This document shows positions 51,614 through 64,000 of a stretch of DNA of 64,000 bases, in pieces. Source of the stretch: Mytilus edulis (lineage: Eukaryota). The notes beneath the pieces were generated by a model, which worked only from the letters and a program-made list of their open reading frames with translations, ran no database searches and was not told the origin of the DNA. A program made the position numbers and the translations under genes. The stretch is taken from NCBI RefSeq assembly GCF_963676685.1, contig NC_092346.1:93434001-93498000 (forward strand). The letters are read 5' to 3'. The number at the start of each line of letters is the position of its first letter. The first letter of the stretch is position 1.

Positions 51614-52459
51614 AACTTTTTCTTTATGTAAATAACAAAAGGAGATATTATTTATTTGTATCGCATACAACCTAAGTAAATTAAATGCCATTGAATTGCG
51701 CATTTTTAAATAGGTAAAATAAAATATCTTAAAAGCATAATTACAAAAATATATTAAACCTTCGACCAAATCGTACTTTATATTCCGAACTCAAATGAAC
51801 GTCTTTGAGATAATCTAACACGCAGTACATAGGTTCACCTTTTTTGTTTGTTTGATCTATACTTTTTTTAAAGTATTGTTTTGATTATTATATAACATAA
51901 CATTTGGCTGAACTTGTGAGTTATTTAAAGCATTCATAATGGTATCAAAAATTTCAAACAATGAAATAATGTTTTCATGACCCCAATTTCACATGCAAAG
52001 CTATGATACTGTAAATTATTTTGTTTTTGAGAATTCTTGGGTATTGACAATCCCAAATTGGATTACAATGTCCATTTAATAAACAACATATTATCTGATA
52101 TTTTAACAGAGAAAAAAATCCAACACTTGAAAAGTTATGTGCGTCTAAAGAGATTTTCTTGATATTCCTTGATCAGGAACGGCCTCAATCTTCAACATTC
52201 GAAAACACGGAATGTATATATACCAAGACAAGTTAAGAGGTAATGAAAATGATGGCCCGATTCATGTCAGCTAATAATACATGGGTTAAATGTATCCGTT
52301 TCTGTAGGCAAACAAATGAAAAATATAAACTTTCAAAATAATGACTTGTAGGAAAGAGAAAGAGAAATAGTATTTTCATGATGATGAAAGAAATCTCGTC
52401 TGATAGACAAAACCAAATTTAAACAGTAATTACACCTATGTATGTATTTAACGGGTAAA

Positions 52460-52760
52460 AACTATAATCCTACCTTCATGAAACCTGCTCTAGTACTCTT
52501 ATTCTAGGAAGTAATTAAAGCTATATTTACTCGGTGCAATTGGTCTTAAACTGTTCTAAGTAAAGTTTTGAAATATCATTTATTGTTTTAAATGAGCTAT
52601 TATATAATTTTTTAACACATCATTTGTTCTTAGCCAGGTAAATTTATTTAAGAGATTATTATTTTATGCATTTCATATAGCGAACTAAATGTTCATTCCC
52701 ATACAACTTTAAAATTAATAGAAAGATACCTTGGTTTGTATAACAGCAATATTATTTCAC
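52460..52760 (-). promoter_or_regulatory. Duplicated block (second copy at about 56850-57140) with a STAT/GAS site, CCAAT and a splice donor; candidate promoter plus non-coding first exon of gene A
   Basis: TTCTAGGAA at 52502-52510 and TTCCCGGAA at 56897-56905; both copies keep minus-strand CCAAT and AAG|gtagga. Confidence 0.4.
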
Positions 52761-53005
52761 TATATCAAGACGTTCTTTTTGAAATAATCCGAATATATTT
52801 CTATCCATTTTGGCTCACAACAAACAAGATTTGTATATATAATAAAGAGCATAGATTGAAATCTTTCAAAATTCAATAACCATTTTTTTCGAATAAAAAT
52901 ACGCTTTTTTTCTGATAACTATAAAATGAAATGTTATATTCATTTATCATTTACCATATGTTAAATCAAATACCATTGCATGTTTTTCAATGAGCATACT
53001 TTTAC

Positions 53006-53143
53006 TTACATACTGTACTAGTGACCTAATACGGTATACATGGGGTCAGTAAATTCCATATGGGGTGAGAGCAAAGCGCGAATCCCCATATGAAATTTAC
53101 TGACCCTATATATACCGTATTAAGTGACTAGTGCACTATGTAA
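53006..53143. repeat. Long imperfect hairpin (arms of about 60 bp) at the end of an interspersed element that continues to about 53395
   Basis: TAGTGACCTAATACGGTATA..GGGTCAGTAAATT.CATATGGGG and its reverse complement; the downstream part is also present at 62490-62665. Confidence 0.8.
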
Positions 53144-54889
53144 CGAATTTATCTTACCGACTATCTTAACATGTTGCATTAGTCTAGTGACCTACCATAG
53201 TGAGCAAGTCTTCAATACCGTTATCATTAAGAAACTATACTTCCATTGATCATTAAAAAACCAATGCCAACAATAACCACTTGTTAGCTTTAAATTTATT
53301 TCAATCATTCATTGTCTGTTAAAACTTTCAAGATTATTTTTCTCAGTACCGGTTTGCTTTTATAAAGGGACGTAACACCTCTACTAACCGTGTATTGGCT
53401 CATGAATATATTTGTTAATTAACGCAAATATATTTACTCAATGAAATTTGCTATCTAATAAAAAGTAAACTGCAAAAAATCTTATTATCATTCAAACGAA
53501 TGTGTTTTGTACTATTTTATTTAACGATCAACGTGCAGTGAAAATGAATTTCTTGACCAATCATATCAACGTGTTCCATAATATGCAAATCATATAAGAA
53601 TTATCACACATTCGACTTAATCGGTACTATATGCTCAGAACTCAATTAATCAAATTTTAAATCTTAACAATTCACAAGTACACTTTTGAATGATTAAGAC
53701 TTTTGTATTCATTTTTCAGAACCTATAGATTACACACGGCTGTACTTATTTTTATTGCTGAACTTTCATTAGCCTTAACGATTGTATGAAAAGTTTAAAA
53801 CTATGACACATTGCTGTCAATGTACATATCTCAAGCTATGCAATAGTAATTTTTTGCCGAGAAATAAGTATTCTAAAGTGATAACCAAGCTGACGAGAAA
53901 GATACCAGAATTATCTATTATACTTGATGAGAGCACAGGATACGTGGGTCGATTTCTTTGACGTTCGAAATTAATCAATTAAAGTTACATCGCTGTTGAA
54001 GGAATCCTATGTATATACGCCCTATACACTTGATAGAATATTTTGATAAACTACTACGAAAAACAAATAGGAAAGTGAAATATTTTACGAAAGTTTTCTT
54101 CGTCATTTACATAGAATTTCATTAGTAATGTATCAATAAATATATAATTGACAGACAAAAGGAAAAGGATGTAAGCTAGAACAGGTCCCATTACAGCTCT
54201 CAATAATAATTAAAATTGTATGAATAACAACAACTGAATGACATTACCATTGGTGTATGGTGTTATTTCATCTTCCATCATATTGCAGTATCTTATAATA
54301 AAATTAAAAATGGAAATTGGGAATTTGCCAAAGAGACAATTACCTGATCAATAGACAGGAAACAGTTAAAGGCCACCAATTGGTCTTCAATACAGCAAGA
54401 AAATCCCGCGCCCTTAGACGGGCATCAAATGTGTGATCTTAGCAATGTTTGGGACCAACATGTCACTTCAGACAGAAGCATGGCAAACAGGGACAGGAAT
54501 GTTCACACCATACGCAAAGAACAAGAAAAAATGCTGGAAACGCAACATTACAATCAACAAAGGTGTGTTGTTTTATTATAGACAGCCCAGTAGTCAGCAT
54601 TTTTGTGTTATAAAATCATTCAGGGAATTTGATAGCTAAAATTTCGGTCTCTATTAAAACATTTTTTAAAATTAGGGGGCGATGTGGGTTTAAACTAGTT
54701 TAGTAGAAACCTGAACCGTAATCAAATATCTATCAGTGAATATCAGTTTTGGAAATTAATTCAGTCTAAATCTAATAAAAATCAAACAAGTAAAATTTCA
54801 AATTTACCGACTGCAAGTTCCATATCCTTCACTTCATGATATATGAGGATGCTTACACTTTAATGTAAGTGTATTTACCTCGAAGAAGA

Positions 54890-55345
54890 TTTCACACAGC
54901 GTAATTTCCAGAATTTGTTTTTTTGTTTTGCATCATTGTTCTTTGTACTACGGTGGAAAGGTTTTCTATTAACATAAGATATTTATAAACATTTTATTGT
55001 GCAAAGTGTCAATGTTATAACAATAAGTATTGCCTCAAACTAAAAATAAGCATATTAAATTACGAGATGAAATGATAGTAAATTTTTTACATTTTCGAAC
55101 TATTTTTCACACAGCGTAATTTCCAGAATTTTGTTCTTGTTTTGCATCCTTGTTATTTGAAGATCTTTGTGATATGGTGGAAGGTTTTATTTTTATTTAC
55201 GTAAGGTATTCCAATACATTTTATCGTGCAAAGTGTCAATGAAATAACAAAGGATTATCTATGATTGCCTCAAACTAAAAATAAGCAAATTGATGTTCAT
55301 CCCACAAATTACAAGATGAAACGATAGGAAGTTTTTGACATTTTT
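54890..55345. repeat. Tandem duplication of about 215 bp
   Basis: TTTCACACAGCGTAATTTCCAGAATTT at about 54890 and 55105; shared ATTGCCTCAAACTAAAAATAAGCA. Confidence 0.85.
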
Positions 55346-58344
55346 CCTATTATGTCTGTTTGTTTTGTTCACACATCGTTATCAATACAATATAACTTGA
55401 TGCGACTGTCATACAATGTTTAGCTACCTTTAAACTCAGGTTCAATGCACAAATGACTACATAAGGAAATGCTTGTACAAAGTCAGAAATATGACAGCTG
55501 TTATGTATTCGATTGATGTGTTTGAGCCTTTGATTTTACCATTTGATAAGGGACTTTCCTTTTTGAAATTTCCTTGGAGTTCAGTATCTTTGGGATTTTA
55601 ATTTTTACTGCACTGCAATAAATTTATTAGATACCTTTTAAAGCAATAAGAGAAGATTAAGAAAATAATTCATAAACTTGTAAACTTAATAAATGTATCA
55701 TTTAAATGTATCATATGACAGTTGTTGTCCATTCCATTTGATTAGGGACTTACCGTTTTCAATTTTCCTCGGAGTTCAGTATTTTTGTAATATTTCTTTT
55801 TCATTACTAATCGCACTTTTGTAAGTGTTTACAGGAAATTTGTGTGTATATACATACATTTGTAGTGATTATCAATAAGGGCTGTGTCGATCTTTTTTTT
55901 TTTTTAAACTTCGCCATTAATAATAATCCTTTAAAGTAAACAAATCATACATGTGTATGCGTCGCTAGCTAATCTACATTTCCAACAGTAAACTCACGTG
56001 TTACGTAGTTCAAGATTCAAACACAGTTATCCCTTAAATGGCCTGTGACCTTTTTGCTGTCTATATTATGTTGAAATTTTAATTATATTGGTGAATACTT
56101 CATTATCTGATTAACATTAAAAACACGTCTGTAGTATGACTTGACATAATGAATTTTCAAAAGATGTTTCGTTAACAATTGTTGCATGGTAAGAGATATC
56201 AACGCAACACAAGTTGGTAATATTACCAGTGATACAATTAAAAATATTACGTTTTTTTAGCTTTATTTTTCAGTCGATTTTGTTATTCATTCTAAGAAGT
56301 ACAAAAATCACATTTAGCAAATAAGTTAATGCCGTTCGTCACCATCAGGAAGCGATTGAGTTAATTCTTCAATAAAAATAGTCTCTCAATTTTGATTTTT
56401 GATATTGTAAACGTATTAAAATTCTATACTTTATCAGTTCGTTACAAAATAATGAATTTCGAATCTATCCATTGGTTGAAACTACACCATGCTACTTATT
56501 TGTTTAGTAATTATCGTTTTTTTAAATAGGTGATAATGTCATAATTGCCGAATTGCTGTAAGATTAACCTTTCTTCATTATCTAAATTACTTATTATTCT
56601 ATTAACGAAAAGGTTTGGAAACATTGTAACCCATATCCAAAAATCTAACTGAAAAAATTCAATTATTTGAACATGATAATCATTCAAATAAATATTAGCT
56701 GTAAAATACATGTTGAAAAAAATCCTTTTCTGTAGGAAATAAAAAAAAAATTTGCGGCATTAAAAAGACAAAAACTCTTCGTCTGATCTTAGAAAAACAA
56801 ACTTAAATAATAATTAAACTGAAGTATGTGTTCTTTGTGTAAAAAAAGATTCCTACCTTAATGAAATCCCGCTTTTAAAATCCCCAAGTATTCTTATTCC
56901 CGGAAGTAATTAAAAGTCATAATCACTCGGTGCAATTGGTCATTAACTATTCACAGTAGAGTTTTGAAAAAACATTTACTGTTTTAAATTATCTATTTTC
57001 TAAATTTTTAACATAATTTTTTCTTAGCCAGGTAAATTTATTGAAGGGATCATTACTTTATACATTTCATTAAGAGAATTAAATTTTCATTCCAATGCCG
57101 CTTTAAATTTAATACCAAAATACTTTGATTTGCATAATGAATAATGTTATAAAAGTAAAAAAGGAAAAATATATTCGATATTAATTTACATATAGAAAAA
57201 TAGAAATAAGCATTCTTTTTTTATGTAAACAGATATAGGAAGATGTGGTGTGAGTGCCAATGAGACAACTCTCCATCCAAATAACAATTTATAAAAGTAA
57301 ACCATTATAGTTCAATGTACGGCCTTCACCACGGATCCTTGGCTCACACCGAACAACAAGCTATAAAGGGCCCCAAAATTGAAAAACGTGTACTTTAAAA
57401 CTATTACGTTCACCTTAGCACATCAATTATCATATATTGATTTTGTAATTTCTTTCCCGATGGTAAAATTTCTTACACCGAATGCATCATAACAAACATC
57501 TCTTTCTTTAATACTTTTTTATGCATGAATATGTGTGTAACGTCCAATGGCAAATATAACTATCATATCTACATATAACTCGTTGATGTAATGTGAATAT
57601 GAATACGAGTGCTGTAGATTACACGTCGGAATGAATCTGATAATTAACAGGCAAATTAATAAAGTTTGAAGAAGAACATGTCAACGTATCGGACATGTTT
57701 TTTTTTGATAACGCACATTTGTTAAACTGTTTTAAGCAGATTCTTGAAAAAACATAGTTACATACACACTTGTAAACAAAACATAGAATATAAGACATCC
57801 ATAGATAGACATAAGGTCGTTCACAATATACGAACTTCTGTTTAAAAAGCAGGAAAACAAACAATCCTAGTCAAGTAATATTTGTATCAGACTATTCATA
57901 GGGCTATACATCTGAACACTAATGGTGATATAAGACATACGAAGGGCTAAAGGTTTGTTTGACTTGTCCAAAGATTGGTTGTTTCTCATCAGGTTATCTG
58001 GCTTCCTAAAAAAATGCCACGATATAACCAAGAGAACAAAAAGTGGCGTAAAGCACACACAATCATTAAACCGATTTTTTACTTCACGATGTATCTGCAT
58101 TTAGATATTCTTCGATTATATGTTAGCGTCTGTAAAATAAGTAAAATATGTATGCATTTTGAATATTTACATTTTTAAGAGTTGTAGCAATCATTGCATA
58201 TACTGGGAGACCCTCCGTTATCGTAGCTCGCAGTGCATACTCCATTTCGTGATTTATGAAAATGTATCACTAACGTAGTTACAAAAGTATTTATAGGGAC
58301 AATCCTCACCCAACACAGAGTTCTGTCTGTAACTGTCAATTTTC

Positions 58345-58645
58345 AAAAAAATGCAACAGTAGTATACCGCTGATCGAAACTCATAAATCGAATGGGAAAA
58401 ACAAATCTGGGTAACAAACAAAAACTGAAAGAAACGCATCAAATATAAGAGGAGAACAAAGACACAACAAAAACACAACATTAAAATGTACCGTACACAG
58501 AAACGAACTATAATATAACAATGGCCATTTTCCTGACTTGGTACAGGACCTTGTTTTGTGGCATGCCAAACCTCCCGCCTTTATGGCAATGTTAAATATA
58601 ACATTAAAATGTCAACATTACATGACAATACTTCAATACAAATAA
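58345..58645 (-). repeat. Interspersed repeat family; copies at about 37465-37627 and 19075-19220
   Basis: Shared GCAACAGTAGTATACCG..G.TC.AAACTCATAAATCGA. Confidence 0.7.
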
Positions 58646-59042
58646 TTGCTGTTTAGGTTTTAAAAATTTCAATAAAAACAACACATCAAGACCAAATGAG
58701 AGAAAAGATTTGTACTCATGTATTACAGTCTATATGAATTGGCTAAATTCATTGACATTGTAAATAATTTTCTCTAATTCTTCTTCAATTTATCCCTTTC
58801 TGCAACCATTGTATAACAAAAATTTAATCAACGTGTGGTTCGTTTGATCTCAGTACTTCATTGGTTAAAATCCGATTATGACGTCGAATGTTCTTGCTTT
58901 CCTCTGAAATGTCTATTGTGACGGCATGAAAAAAGGCGAACATGCCTGGTGACGTCACATAGAAATAACACATATTTTTGCAGATCATTCGAAAAGAAGG
59001 AATAAATTTGCCTGCATAGTGTTAGAAAATCATTAGAGAAAC

Positions 59043-59204
59043 AGATTCCACCACCAAATCTCGTGTAATACGATATTTATCTACTCTCGACAGTTATATT
59101 TTAAATATTTAAAACGCTCGGACAAGCCTCGCGTTTTAAATTTGAAAATTTAACTGTCTCAAGTGGATAAATATCGTATTACACTCGATGGAGTAGTAGA
59201 ATCT
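59043..59204. repeat. Long imperfect hairpin (arms of about 70 bp) followed by (TA)n
   Basis: GTGTAATACGATATTTATC...TTTAAAACGC / GCGTTTTAAA...GATAAATATCGTATTACAC. Confidence 0.8.
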
Positions 59205-59428
59205 ATATATATATTACTGTTGATTATAAATACATTAAATAACAGTGTATTTTCAAGGCTTTTTAATCTACGTAAATGGTTTCCCAAAGCAATCATTGTT
59301 TAACGTCATTGGGGTAAATGAACCAACCCAAGGAAAATTGTTCAGCATTTCAGAACAATACAAAACTTTTAACCATTTCTAAAGTCTGAATGATCCGTAT
59401 GACATATAGTTGTAAGTTTTATAACGAA

Positions 59429-59676
59429 CTACACAAACAATGTTTTGGTGCATTTTTCGATGGCCAAAAGAGGTTTAAAGAATTTGTTAGTATCCTTATT
59501 ACAAATTTCATCATCAAAATGATCACAAGTGCACTCGCTAGGTGACCAGTATGTTGTTGATGCGCAGGTTTGAAAAACCAATTTTCCATTCGAACACTGG
59601 TAAAACTTAGTACAGTCATTTTTGTCTGGAAAGTATGCTTCACTTTGTGGATCATCCGTGCAATTAGGAACACAAT
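59429..59676 (-). CDS. Gene B CBM14 exon and stop
   Basis: DCVPNCTDDPQSEAYFPDKNDCTKFYQCSNGKLVFQTCASTTYWSPSECTCDHFDDEICNKDTNKFFKPLLAIEKCTKTLFV*; all cysteines retained. Confidence 0.93.
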
Positions 59677-60455
59677 CTATAAAACAGAAAATGTGGATGT
59701 AATTGACTCTCTGTCTCTCTTCCTGTATAATACATGTATAGTATTACGTCGAAAATAAATGATCAATAGTTAATGACAATAACAATCAAAACCAAGGAGT
59801 AAACAAAGACTCACAAATCCAAAGGACATTTACATCAACAGTTATAAATAATAATTAAGAAACAACACGAACTCCACTAAAAACCGGGGGTGAAATCAGG
59901 TGCTCCGGAAGGGTAAGCATTTCCTGCACCGTATACTGCACCCGTCGTGTTATTTCTTTGTTTAGTTTGGTAATGATGGCAGGTTATTATGACTGCGGAA
60001 GAATATCAGATATGATATTTGTCATAATGGCCAATCTTATTGTTGAATTAAACATGAAAAACAAAGACCGACTGTATGCCGAATCATTCATACTTCAAAT
60101 CCAATGGTTTTGATTTTTTATAGTTATCTTAATATATTCCCCTGTGAAACAAATTAATGCATGAATCCGAGAGTTTATCTAAATTTGCATATTCTAATAT
60201 TTTATCAGCTTAGCAAAGAAAATGCAAGAATGAGATCTAAAGGAGTTGTTTTGCATTTACTCTTAATCTTATTTTTGTCTCTAGAAAACTACATTATTTT
60301 TCCCTATATTTATAGTCCTTGGCGTGATCGCAGTCAACAACTGAAATTGAAAACTGATATGTTAAAACGGACCCACTGACATTTTTTTGTGTTAGGCAAT
60401 TGCGGGTCCATAATTATCAGGTGTTGAAAATGGTCAATGTAATACCAGTACTTAC

Positions 60456-60764
60456 CACCTTCACATACAGGTATACGGGTCGTAGATGTCAAGTTAGCAG
60501 CAAGTCCCGGATCCGTCATTAGTGGAACACAAGATATAGTCATATTTCCAGAAAACCAAGATGCAGGAATTATCGCGTCAGCTGAGACAGTGGTGCCACT
60601 TTCCTGATGATTGTCGCTACATACATTCATGTTAGGTATCATACGTGATGATCCCCCATCGTTCACAAACAAGGCCAAAGAGCTGGCCACGCAAGTTTTT
60701 ATCATTTCACAATGAACATGAATACTGTCATTAATTCGTGTAACACTGTGCTGTAGCTGTGGGT
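60456..60764 (-). CDS. Gene B Ig-like domain 2 exon
   Basis: 309 nt, phase 1-1, inside ORF 60334..60813. Confidence 0.88.
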
Positions 60765-62037
60765 CTATTATAAAAATAAAGAAAATAAAAAGGCTTGCTT
60801 TCAACAAATTCAAGCGCTTATTTAAAGTAATTCATTATATTATTATTGCCCTGGGAACAGGAGGTCGTTGGTTGTATACGATTTGAAAATTTACTTTTTT
60901 CTGCGTCTATATATTTATTTAAACACATGGACTTTAGTTTAAGAGTTACAACAGAGTAATCGGCTAGGATTCAGACTAATGTGTCTAAAATTGGTTTTAC
61001 ATCTGCAAATTTACCTTTTTGCGTTTTTTTGTCTTTGCGTAGTCAGTTTGTCTTTGACTTATGAGTTGAAATACCCATTTGGTATCTACCACCCTATTTT
61101 GCCGTGTTAACAAGCACGTAAACATCTGACTAGGTATGCCAGGCCAAATCAAAAAGCAAGGTTCATATTCACAACAAATTAATCTGTTATCGCCCAAATG
61201 TTCATGAAACTATTGCTGCAGGGCCTTTGACATCATCTTTATCCTTCTCATCATAGGATAATGAAGTATCACAACTTTACTAATCATAATACTCAGCTTA
61301 CATACTGCAGTAAACTATCACATTTGCGTGTTCTAGCCATACAGTGTGTTGTGATTTTCGAAAGAGAAAATAAAGAGAGAAAATAATAGTATGAAGACAT
61401 AACTAGAAATAGGACAGAACAATTTGTTTACATTGACAACTTTGTAATATCACATTTTAGGAGAAATTGTACCAGTAGATATCAAAGGTACCAGGATTAT
61501 AATTTTCAAAGTTGTTTTCCGTTTGTTTGGTGTGTTTGAACTTTACATGTTCTTATTTGACAAATAACTTTCCGTTTTGAAATTTCTTGAGTGAGGTATT
61601 TGATGTGTTTGAACTCTAGAAGTTGCCATTTGATAAAGAACTTTCCGTTTGGAAATTTCCTTGAGAAAATGATGAGAAAAAAAACCAATGTGAAGACATA
61701 AATAGAAAGAGGACAGAAAACTTTGTAGCATAAAGTAAGAAACGATAACTTTGTTATATTTCAATTGCTGGTGATAACACCTTTTATAATAAATTGTACC
61801 ATTTCAGAAACTTGAAAGTTGTTTTCCGTTCGTTTAATGTGTTTGAACCATATATGTTTCCATTTGATAACAAATTTCCGCTTTGAAATTTCCTTGAGGT
61901 CGGTTTTATGAAATATTATATATTTTTGCCATGATTCCTGTACGACATCAGGAAAGAAGAAATAGTTCTAAAACCGTGTTATTTATTACAAATTATTTGT
62001 GTATCACTTTTCTTTTGTTTTTTTCTTATGTGCATAC

Positions 62038-62373
62038 CTTTTAATTTTATTTCAAATTCGCTAGACGAAACGTTTCCGTCATCATATTCTATCGTGATCT
62101 CGTAAATCCCAACACTATCACATGTAGCTTTTCCCTTCATGAAACGTAATTGTTGGTCAGTTCTTGAAGAGTTGAAGTTGATTATCCAACTCCCATTTTG
62201 TTGCTCAAACTCATCAGATGAAACATTGACTGAAAAACCTTGAAGTATACTCAAATATTGAGACGACAACTGTCTGACATGTATACCTGTCGGACTACTG
62301 GTAAATTTCTGTGTATAAGGAATACACATTTGTTCTCCTACCCTTGCAATAGAGATATCGTTTTCACATTTAT
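62038..62373 (-). CDS. Gene B Ig-like domain 1 exon
   Basis: 336 nt, phase 1-1, inside ORF 61979..62470. Confidence 0.88.
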
Positions 62374-62976
62374 CTAAAACGACAACAAAGTTAAGTTTTA
62401 ACAGGTTGATATTAACATCCTCTTCCTCTAAACAAGGAAGAGAGAGAGAGAAAGAGAGAAAGTGAGGCATTCGTACAGCCTAAAACTCACCCATTGATCC
62501 TAAAAAGCACGATGCCAACAATAACAACTTGTTAGGTTTAAATGTGTTTTATCAATTTGTTTCAATCTTAATAATCAATTTCTTCGTCTATTGAAACTTT
62601 TACGATTTTTTTCTCAGTGACGTTTCGTTTTTATAAAGGGACGTTACTCCACTACTAACCGTGTATGAAATAAGCCCCGCCGCCCTACTAACCTAATATG
62701 AAATATACAAGGTCTCCACGAGGACGCTTTTAATTAATCACATTCCTAGAAATGTATAGGAGGTAAGATAAATAATGATACACATATTATTGAATACATG
62801 AATCTTGACAGCTACAATATAGATTATGAGATTATTTTCATAGTATTCAATCATATTTGATGAATAAACAGACACAACAAGAGGCAATTTTTTTTTAAAA
62901 ACACTTGTTGATACAATTTCTACATTACAAATTAGCATACTTCACTGTATTCGTAACTTCATACTATATAACCTAT

Positions 62977-63132
62977 TACTGTGGATTCGATATTATTCAT
63001 TGAATACCAATTTTTCGAGGATTTCGTTGGTGCAGGTAAACCACGAAATGAAATGTTTAACGAATTACAATTTTTTTTATTGGCTTGTATGAAAACTAAA
63101 GATAAACCACGAAAATAAATAAATCCACAGTA
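62977..63132. mobile_element. Tc1/mariner-type MITE (TA-flanked), present in the gene B intron only; related decayed copy at 279-411
   Basis: TACTGTGGATT ... AATCCACAGTA; absent from the homologous gene A intron. Confidence 0.75.
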
Positions 63133-63799
63133 AACAGTTATAGGTAAAACCCAGCATTAAATAAAGATGGAACAGTAAAAAATCTCGAAAAAAGAAGAAA
63201 AGAATAAATATAGATTTTTTTTATGAATTACAACACTTCTATTTTGGAACCAAACCACAGACTCATTTAAATGACAGTACCAAGTCATGTTAATGACAGT
63301 TGTTATCCTTTCGTTTTATGTGTTTGAGTTTCATTGGATTTTTTGTTAATTCTTTTACTTTGAGAAATGCTTAGCTGACTTCTATATACTGTCCTGTAGT
63401 GCACAAGTATTTCAAAGTGCATTTATAGTGTTGCCTAATAAATAAACGGCATCGATGCATTGTTTAACCGAATATCAAATCTATATGACAGAGGCTTTGT
63501 TTAATATATACTGTCGAATTTGTGTGAAGTATTTGACTCCAGAAGTTAGCCAAACCTCAACCAAACATTCCCTTACCTTTAATGCTTTAGCGCATACATA
63601 TTTTGAAAAGGCGTATCGTTTTACATCTAATTTATTCATTTCCTTTATTTAAAAAATTGATAATTCATAAAAATCCTACTATAAATTAATGTTTATGTTT
63701 ATTTAATAGTAGTTTACTGAAATTTATCTTAAAAAACTCACAATAATTTAATTTGTAAATCATCAAAAGTTTTTTGATGATCTATAAATGGTAACTTAC

Positions 63800-63850
63800 C
63801 CGGAAAATCCGGAAGGTCAACTGTAATAACAGTTGGAGTATCTTTCGAAC
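63800..63850 (-). CDS. Gene B stalk exon (xSKDTPTVITVDLPDFP)
   Basis: attccag| 51 nt |gtaagt; matches 26683-26733. Confidence 0.88.
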
Positions 63851-64000
63851 CTGGAATGAGACAGGAATTTGACACAAGTTTTATGGCATTTCTGCATATC
63901 TAACAAAAGATACTTTTTTCAATGAAATTAAAAAAGTAAATAAAATACAACTAGCATTTTTGTAAGAGCGCGTTATGAATGTCACAAAAAAAAAGCCTTA

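Larger units (their letters stand above)
59429..64000 (-). other. Gene B: tandem paralogue of gene A, 3' part; upstream exons lie beyond the right edge
   Basis: Four exons with the same sizes as in gene A (51/336/309/248 nt), intact frames and splice sites; introns alignable. Confidence 0.9.

Overview
AT-rich, intron-rich animal genomic DNA. The repeat families suggest a bivalve, probably a Mytilus-type mussel (inference). No prokaryotic features are present. I rebuilt the genes by hand from splice sites; most exons are missing from the ORF track. (1) The 5' half of an alkaline ceramidase gene (ACER3-like, minus strand, ATG at 13355) runs off the left edge, with exon sizes of 100/111/53/53/82 nt. 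(2) A complete 16-exon minus-strand gene model (51407 to 22868, about 683 aa) encodes a type II membrane protein. It has a long low-complexity cytoplasmic N-terminus partly built from duplicated phase-0 exons, an ITIM-like S-x-Y-x-x-L motif near the membrane, one transmembrane helix, a stalk, two Ig-like domains and a C-terminal type-2 chitin-binding domain (CBM14). This is a VCBP-like ectodomain on a membrane receptor. (3) The last four exons of a close tandem paralogue of gene 2 lie at 59429-63850, and that gene continues past the right edge. Candidate kappaB, CRE and STAT sites lie 5' of gene 2. The rest is mobile DNA: three CR1/L2-group LINE copies (one with an uninterrupted 586-aa RT ORF), decayed Penelope-like RT fragments and their terminal repeats, minimal hammerhead ribozyme motifs, several MITEs, Helentron-type non-autonomous elements, SINE remnants and long hairpin elements.
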